From Planctomycetota bacterium (lineage in GTDB: Bacteria; Planctomycetota; Planctomycetia; Pirellulales; Lacipirellulaceae), in contig JANOIK010000519.1 in assembly GCA_031407585.1 (NCBI GenBank), positions 1 through 52,722 of the forward strand: a DNA stretch of 52,722 nt, in the 5' to 3' direction. The position numbers and the translations under genes are program-made. The notes below the pieces were generated by a model. It was not told the origin of the DNA and did not search any database. It worked only from the letters and a program-made list of their open reading frames with translations. Of the stretch, positions 47,198 through 52,722 are shown piece after piece (position 1 is the first letter of the stretch; the number at the start of each line of letters is the position of its first letter).

Positions 47198-47506
47198 CTA
47201 CTCCACCTTCACGCCAAACAATCCCAACGTCGCGCCGAACGAATTCAACGCCGCATCCCAATCAGCGAAGTCGTCGTGAGACAGCTTCCGTACAATTCGC
47301 AGTGAGATCGTTTGCTCGTAACCGCCGGGGGCTTCCACCGTTTCGCAGTCCACAGAGCGGAGGTCGAGTTCCGCAACGCGGGCTGCACGCTTCATGGCGG
47401 CTTCCGTTGCGAGGTCGTGCTCGCGCTCAAAGTCTGGTGCTGGCCCTGCCCCTGGATCGCTTACGCATCCATCGGGCTGGCCGCAGAGGTTGGTGGTCGT
47501 GCTCAT
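47198..47506 (-). CDS. Hypothetical protein
   Basis: ATG 47506 with GAGGA SD. Confidence 0.55.
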   Translation of the reverse strand: MSTTTNLCGQPDGCVSDPGAGPAPDFEREHDLATEAAMKRAARVAELDLRSVDCETVEAPGGYEQTISLRIVRKLSHDDFADWDAALNSFGATLGLFGVKVE

Positions 47507-47537
47507 GGCTTCCTCTCTCAAAGGGGTGGGCGCCGGG

Positions 47538-48185
47538 TTAGGCGTTCGTTTCAGCAAGCTTCTTCATGTCCGTCAGTGCGTCCGCGTTGGAGTCGTAGAA
47601 TCGCACCGGAGAAATGTCGTAGCCGCTCGCCTTGTATATCTGCTGGGCCGCGAACAGCCATGACGTTTGCTTTTCAAGTGCGTACCCGGCTTCGCCCGCC
47701 AAGTGAACCGTCCAGCCAGCGCGGCAGTGCGTTGTCTCGCATCGGTGAACTTCGCCCATTTCGAGCGCGCATGGTGCGGACGCGGCTTCGTAGATTTTGC
47801 GGTGAATATCCTCAATGACCGGAATCACCATTGGCGACGTTTGCGGCGCCATGCCGGAGCAGTCGGAGCAGCGGGAGCAGTCGGAGCATTCGGAGCAGCG
47901 GGAGCAGTCGGAGCAGCGGGAGCAGCGGGAGCAGCGGGAGCAGTCGGAGCAGCGGGAGCATTCGGAGCATGCGGAGCAGCCGGAGCAGTCGGAGCATTCG
48001 GAGCAGCGGGAGCAGTCGGAGCATTCGGAGCAGTCGGAGCAGCGGGAGCAGCCGGAGCAGTCGGAGCAGTCGGAGCAGCCGGAGCATTCGATTAGTTTCG
48101 CGAGCGACGCTTTCGCGGCTTCCGCCGAACCCCACAGTTCGACCGATGCGCGATTGCCGTTGTCGCCGTTAATCCAGGTAGGCAT
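47538..48185 (-). CDS. Cys-Ser-X tripeptide repeat protein; first early gene
   Basis: 26 x CSX, then LEMGEVHRCETTHCRAGW domain; AAGGAG SD. Confidence 0.8.
   Translation of the reverse strand: MPTWINGDNGNRASVELWGSAEAAKASLAKLIECSGCSDCSDCSGCSRCSDCSECSDCSRCSECSDCSGCSACSECSRCSDCSRCSRCSRCSDCSRCSECSDCSRCSDCSGMAPQTSPMVIPVIEDIHRKIYEAASAPCALEMGEVHRCETTHCRAGWTVHLAGEAGYALEKQTSWLFAAQQIYKASGYDISPVRFYDSNADALTDMKKLAETNA
47853..48086. repeat. 26 x 9-bp tandem repeat
   Basis: TGCTCCNNN on minus strand. Confidence 0.95.
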
Positions 48186-48495
48186 GCGTGACTCCTTGTT
48201 TTTGGTTTCTTGTGAAGGGGTGGGCGCCGCAGGGGGGGCGCTAGGCGACGACGCGCAGACTGAAATGAACTGCGCGACGCGGACGGGGGCGTGGGATCGG
48301 GTGGTTAAAGCCCGCCCCCCGAATCAGCCCCTAGCAACCCAAGTGGTACTTGAGCCACAGGCGTACTTGGCCGAATGAAAGCGGCCTAACGCAAAGCGAG
48401 GCACGAGACGGGAAGGACGGGTAAAGGGTTTTCTGCTTGGCCCGCAGAGACGCGAGAGTGCGTCAGAGAAGGCCGGCGATCAACTTGACGCCGGC

Positions 48496-48524
48496 ATTAT
48501 GGGAGCGGTGGCGATGCGTGTCAA
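48496..48524 (-). promoter_or_regulatory. Strong early promoter
   Basis: TTGACA-17nt-CATAAT. Confidence 0.75.
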
Positions 48525-48548
48525 CAGGAGAAAGTGAAAAAATACCGG

Positions 48549-48797
48549 CTATCCGGTTTTTTTCCTGCGGGCCGTCGACTTGTGCTGCTTTCGCTGATTG
48601 ATATGCAACCCGTTGGGGCGCTCGATGCGCTTGAAGTCGTTCAGCGACACGCGAGGAATCACCAGCAGACGCTCATGGATGGATTCGGCGTCGAGCTGCC
48701 CGCCCTGGATGAGCTTGTGGACGCGCTGCCGCGACAGACCGAGTTCGTCGGCCGCTTCAGAAACGGTCAGGTATTGGCCATCTAGCACGGTGGACAT
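48549..48797 (-). CDS. Excisionase/MerR-like HTH protein (possible repressor or Xis)
   Basis: YLTVSEAADELGLSRQRVHKLIQGGQL. Confidence 0.85.
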   Translation of the reverse strand: MSTVLDGQYLTVSEAADELGLSRQRVHKLIQGGQLDAESIHERLLVIPRVSLNDFKRIERPNGLHINQRKQHKSTARRKKTG

Positions 48798-48803
48798 GCC
48801 TCC

Positions 48804-48832
48804 TATTTACACGCTTAGCCAGCTAGTGTCAA
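48804..48832 (-). promoter_or_regulatory. Promoter of the HTH gene
   Basis: TTGACA-17nt-TAAATA, 6 nt upstream of ATG. Confidence 0.55.
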
Positions 48833-48917
48833 ATTCAGTCGCAAGAAAAAACGCTGCCCGCCCGCTCAATTGTCAAGTTGATGCCGGCAAGCCGACGTGC
48901 GAGCGGGCAGCGTTGGT

Positions 48918-49145
48918 TCAGGCGTGATTCCACCACTTTCCGAGTTGGGCGACGACGCGAAGAACTGCTCCGAACGTCAAAACCGACCATGCGAAAATCT
49001 GGCTTTCTGGATTTTCCGAAAGCAGCCACGCGATCCCTCCACCGAAAACAACGAACCACGCGAATGCAGCCAGAAACTTCCACTGCTTTCCGGTGTGCTC
49101 TGTCGCGACAACATGCACGATCTGAACGCAGTCTGCTTTTTTCAT
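48918..49145 (-). CDS. Small two-TM membrane protein
   Basis: Two hydrophobic segments, ends KWWNHA; GGAGG SD. Confidence 0.7.
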   Translation of the reverse strand: MKKADCVQIVHVVATEHTGKQWKFLAAFAWFVVFGGGIAWLLSENPESQIFAWSVLTFGAVLRVVAQLGKWWNHA

Positions 49146-49226
49146 CGTTCAATCCCTCCGTTAGACCCTGAGTTGACCAATCCACTACGACGGATCGCTC
49201 GGGGCCAGGAAGGCCTTTAGTCCACT

Positions 49227-50072
49227 CTAATTGCCGCGTTGTCGTGGCGGCGGCACTGGCGCCGGCTCTAAGTGCGAGTCGTCCGAATGCATGAAAATCA
49301 GACCGTCCGCCAGTTGCATGAAAAAACCAATGCGGTCGCATTCATCGCACACAACGCGACCGTCCGGCGTCATCCGATATTTGGTGAAGTCGTGGACCAC
49401 TGCGCTGGTTCGCGGATTGCCATTGCGGATAATTACCGACTTGGCGTGCCGAGTTGTAATTCCGCCCGGATCGCCATTACCGATAATCTCGATCCTCAAA
49501 AATTCACACTTCAATTTCTTGAGATACTCCGCAGCCATCTCCAGGGCGTGCCTTCCGCTTTCCGAATCGACCGCCACGGAGTTGTTCTCTAGGTCCACTA
49601 TTTCAGGAGCAATCGCATGAGCAGTATCGACCGGAACGCGAGCGACGGTACGCTCCCCGCCTTGACCGAGGGCAACAGTGCCGTTGAAACCAATTCCCGC
49701 GGCTGGATCGGCGGGCTCGTTTTCGGAGTCGTCTTCCCGACCATCTGCGCCTTTTGTGTCCAGGGCCTTCGCATCGCGAGGCTTGAGGGCCAGGTCCAAT
49801 TCCTGCGCGACCGCGGAGTTTTTGTCGACGACGATGGCGGGATTCGCTGTCCCGATAATGCGCCACGTTATCAGGGAACCACCGATGGCGCTCACGACGG
49901 CCACACCAACCCACGGGAGTGCCCGCACGATGGGGCTGTCCTTGTGAATAGCCTTCCGTGACCGCTTCCATGCGAACGCCGCCCACGTCGCCGCAAGGCT
50001 TATCGCCCCCATGATCGCGAACACGCACTGAGCCGCGTTGTTGTTGCTATCTAGCCATTTGCCTGCATCCAT
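49227..50072 (-). CDS. Membrane protein (two TM plus soluble domain)
   Basis: ATG 50072 with GAGG SD. Confidence 0.6.
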   Translation of the reverse strand: MDAGKWLDSNNNAAQCVFAIMGAISLAATWAAFAWKRSRKAIHKDSPIVRALPWVGVAVVSAIGGSLITWRIIGTANPAIVVDKNSAVAQELDLALKPRDAKALDTKGADGREDDSENEPADPAAGIGFNGTVALGQGGERTVARVPVDTAHAIAPEIVDLENNSVAVDSESGRHALEMAAEYLKKLKCEFLRIEIIGNGDPGGITTRHAKSVIIRNGNPRTSAVVHDFTKYRMTPDGRVVCDECDRIGFFMQLADGLIFMHSDDSHLEPAPVPPPRQRGN

Positions 50073-50144
50073 CGCACCGCCCTCACAAAAAACCTTCCGG
50101 TTTCTTCTTGACAAACGAAATCCGGCTATCAACTCTCGAATCAG

Positions 50145-50218
50145 TGGTCGCGGCGGGAGTCGAACCCACAACCTACGGCTTCGGAGGCCGTCGCTCTATC
50201 CAGTTGAGCTACGCGACC
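50145..50218 (-). tRNA. tRNA-Arg(CCG)
   Basis: Acceptor stem GGTCGCG/CGCGACC, D-arm TAGCTCAACTGGATAGAGC, anticodon arm ACGGC-CTCCGAA-GCCGT, T-loop GGTTCGACTC; CCA not encoded. Confidence 0.93.
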
Positions 50219-50476
50219 GGAGTTTCATTGCCAGCAACCTTCGTTAAAACCTTCGGACCCGCCGCCCGACGCGCGCCGCCCCAGGAGGCAGTTTGAGGTG
50301 CGTACTTAGTGCAATCTTCATACAATTGACCGTTTTACCTTGCCGTTTGGTCAGTGCCCGTACATTGGAACAACAGAGGAAGGCGGCATCGCTATATCGC
50401 CACGCCGTATATCGCAAGCACTCAGGGAGAAGCATGGACAACAGCAACACGGACGGCACACTGAAAGAGTGTCCGA

Positions 50477-51325
50477 ATGAACGCCAGAGAATTGAAAACG
50501 AGTGTTGAATCGTATTTATTGAGCCGCGAGACGACGCCCACTTACGCGCGTCAGATGCGCAACCGAAATGCCGAATTCTCCGCATTCGTCGGCGCGGCGG
50601 ACATCACGTCGGACCTGCTCAACCAGTTCATCATTGAACTAGGGAAAACGCGCCGTCCCATTACCGTGCGCGGCTATCGCACCTCGGTCTTGAGCGTGCT
50701 GCGGTTCGCGAAATGGCAACCCGAGAATCCGGTGCGGAGCGTGCGAGTTAGCGCGGAGAAGTTAGATTGCTTCACCGCGGATGAGATTGTCGCGCAATTG
50801 AAGGCGGCGGCCCGTATGCGCGGCGAGCTGCCGAACGGCGTGAGCAATGCCGACTTCTGGACACTGGCCGTTCACGGTGGCTATGGTATTGCAGTTCGGC
50901 AAGCGGACTTATTGAGCATCGACGCCGCGGACATCGCGATAGACGGGACATGCTCGGTAATTCCGTCCAAGACGAAACGCGCCGTCGCGGTGAAGTTCCC
51001 GCCAGAGGCTTTGAAGATTATCCGCAGTCACGGGCAGGGCAGGGCGGTTCCGTGGCCGCACTCGCAAGAGCACTTCCGGCAAGAATTCAAGGCGCTCTGC
51101 ATCGCGGCCGGCGTGCGGCGCGGCTGCTGGAAATGGCTTAGGCGCTCGGCAGGGACATATGCCGAAATGCGGCAGGCGGGGACTGGGCATCGCTTGCTCG
51201 GCAACAGCCCGCGGATTTTCCACCGGCACTATGATGCGTCCGGCACGATCGACCCGCGCCCCATTGAACCGCCGCGATTGAGGCTGCGGAATTCGTGGTG
51301 GCGCCGCTGGCTCGGGTGTACGTAG
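50477..51325 (+). CDS. Tyrosine recombinase / integrase (divergent)
   Basis: SAM-like N-terminus; AVRQADLL (R), SKTK (K), KWLRRSAGT, LLGNS, HRHY (Y). Confidence 0.8.
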   Translation: MNARELKTSVESYLLSRETTPTYARQMRNRNAEFSAFVGAADITSDLLNQFIIELGKTRRPITVRGYRTSVLSVLRFAKWQPENPVRSVRVSAEKLDCFTADEIVAQLKAAARMRGELPNGVSNADFWTLAVHGGYGIAVRQADLLSIDAADIAIDGTCSVIPSKTKRAVAVKFPPEALKIIRSHGQGRAVPWPHSQEHFRQEFKALCIAAGVRRGCWKWLRRSAGTYAEMRQAGTGHRLLGNSPRIFHRHYDASGTIDPRPIEPPRLRLRNSWWRRWLGCT

Positions 51326-51476
51326 CGCAACGTAGCGCTACCACCGCCTAACCCACTCCCTCACCCCCCCAGGCGGCAAGGGAAGCCAGCAGAATCAGGA
51401 AGATGAGTACGGGGGTGGGCATGCGCGAGATTCTAGCTGCGCCGCCACCATCCCGCGACCCACTCGCCGAAGCGGT

Positions 51477-51752
51477 TCACGGATCAACTCGCTTATCGCA
51501 GCCACGGCAGGCGTGCAGCCCATAGGCATCGCCCCCGTCGTCTCGCGTCCAGGCTTCGCGAACGGCACCCTTGTGAAGCGTCGTGCAGCGGAACGTCGGT
51601 AGGCACTCGCCGTACACGGAGCACGCGAAGATCGCGTAGGTGCGGACCGTGGTTGCGTCAGTGGGCAGCGTGAGCGTGAGGGCGGCGGACTGGCGGATTG
51701 AGGCGCCGCGGTGGATGCAGTCAGGCGGGCGCTTCACGTTCCGTCCTCGCAC
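51477..51752 (-). CDS. Cys-rich small protein, last gene of the late operon
   Basis: CIHRG..FACSVYGEC..CRGC; start may be GTG 51737. Confidence 0.6.
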   Translation of the reverse strand: MRGRNVKRPPDCIHRGASIRQSAALTLTLPTDATTVRTYAIFACSVYGECLPTFRCTTLHKGAVREAWTRDDGGDAYGLHACRGCDKRVDP

Positions 51753-52627
51753 ACGAACGCAAGGCTGTTAGGCATCGAAGGGTCGTAAGGGCAAGACAAT
51801 ATTGTTTCGAGCGTATTGGTTGCGATCTCGTAACGATAAAACGTCGTGATCCCGCTGTCGCGTAATGGTATGTAGATAAACCCATTCAGCAGGGTCAGCG
51901 CTTTACTATCGCCCACCGTGCCGCCCACCGTCGTGATAACGGTGATGGCCGGAGTGCCAGTTGTATTTATGGACAACAAATACCAATTCGTGAAGTCGTG
52001 GGCTAAGGCGTACAGCGTCGTGCCGTCACTCACCATGCCATGGACGAATGCGTATCCAGCGGCAGAAAAATCAACGTGAGTAGTGGGCGGCGAACCCGAC
52101 TTCTTAATGGTCCAGGCGCCGCCTCCTCCAGCAGCCTGCGCGAGGTAGTAGACGCTGCCTCCAATGCGATAAGCACAGCGCCGAGTCGGGTCTGACGAGA
52201 CCGCGAACACCGCCACCGAGCCTCCCGAGTCGATGCTAACGTAGACATTTCCAACACCCGACTGCGAGCCGCCGGCGCAGCAGTAGCCGTTGCATTCCTG
52301 CCAAAGACCGCCCGGAGCAAAATGAGTGGGCGCAATAGCCGTTGTTCCAGGCAAGGCATCGCCATCAAGGAACACTCCGCTGTATGAGCCATCGAGCAAA
52401 TCAACTTCGATATACTCTCGATCCGGCGCACCTCCAGTGCCGTCGTGAGCCAGAAGACAGCCGCCGCTGAACGACGGAGCCAGGGCCGCGAGCGTATTGT
52501 CGGTGCTCAAGTAACCGGCGGTCCACAGAGAAACTGGCGTGGAACTGCCTTCGAATATTCGCATGCGCTCATCGCGATAGACAATATCGATGTAGGGGTT
52601 GTGGCAGCAGCAAGGATACCCCGGCAT
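51734..52627 (-). CDS. Putative receptor-binding / beta-propeller-like tail protein
   Basis: 297 aa beta-rich, begins MPGYPCCCH; follows gene 52-1863 across the circle junction. Confidence 0.6.
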   Translation of the reverse strand: MPGYPCCCHNPYIDIVYRDERMRIFEGSSTPVSLWTAGYLSTDNTLAALAPSFSGGCLLAHDGTGGAPDREYIEVDLLDGSYSGVFLDGDALPGTTAIAPTHFAPGGLWQECNGYCCAGGSQSGVGNVYVSIDSGGSVAVFAVSSDPTRRCAYRIGGSVYYLAQAAGGGGAWTIKKSGSPPTTHVDFSAAGYAFVHGMVSDGTTLYALAHDFTNWYLLSINTTGTPAITVITTVGGTVGDSKALTLLNGFIYIPLRDSGITTFYRYEIATNTLETILSCPYDPSMPNSLAFVCEDGT

Positions 52628-52722
52628 ACGTCACCTCACGCTGGGCAGTCCGCTTGCGAAGCGTACCACGTTCCACTGGCTTTTTTCTTCGCCTCAACGT
52701 CGCCGTTGTCGTCAATGTTCAT
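52585..52722. repeat. Terminal direct repeat, right copy
   Basis: Identical to 1-138. Confidence 0.97.

Larger units (their letters stand above)
1..52722. mobile_element. Complete temperate tailed (sipho-like) phage genome
   Basis: Terminase, portal, capsid, tail tube, tape measure, recombinase, recombination and replication genes; circular overlap; no sheath gene recognised. Confidence 0.93.

Noticed and set aside
47812-48378. Alternative-frame repeat ORFs (LLRLLP.., EQSEQR.., and the RGEAAG../SRQTRRG.. frames near 43.3 kb)
   Set aside because: Stop-free by-products of tandem repeats; only one frame in each case has an RBS and a flanking folded domain

Overview
The window looks like one complete, circularly closed genome (~52.6 kb, GC-rich) of a temperate tailed phage; bases 1-138 recur exactly at 52585-52722. 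Almost all genes are on the minus strand. The order is: a lysogeny/control region (tRNA-Arg(CCG), divergent tyrosine recombinase, small HTH gene); early genes (YqaJ exonuclease, RecT-like protein, DNA methylase, SF2 helicase, replisome organiser, PD-(D/E)XK nuclease); a promoter-to-terminator structured non-coding element; an ~11 kb block of signal-peptide and membrane proteins (including a papain-like protease and a methyltransferase); terminase, portal and head genes; then a sheath-less tail module with a lambda G/GT-type frameshift. A Planctomycete host is my inference from gene content and style and is not shown by the sequence. The most striking feature is an endonuclease VII-type HNH gene with its own RBS nested in another frame inside the helicase gene. 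The helicase frame stays open across it, and the insert is bracketed by an 18-bp imperfect direct repeat encoding ICDC at both ends, with no recognisable intron or intein. All product calls come from reading motifs by eye; no searches were run.
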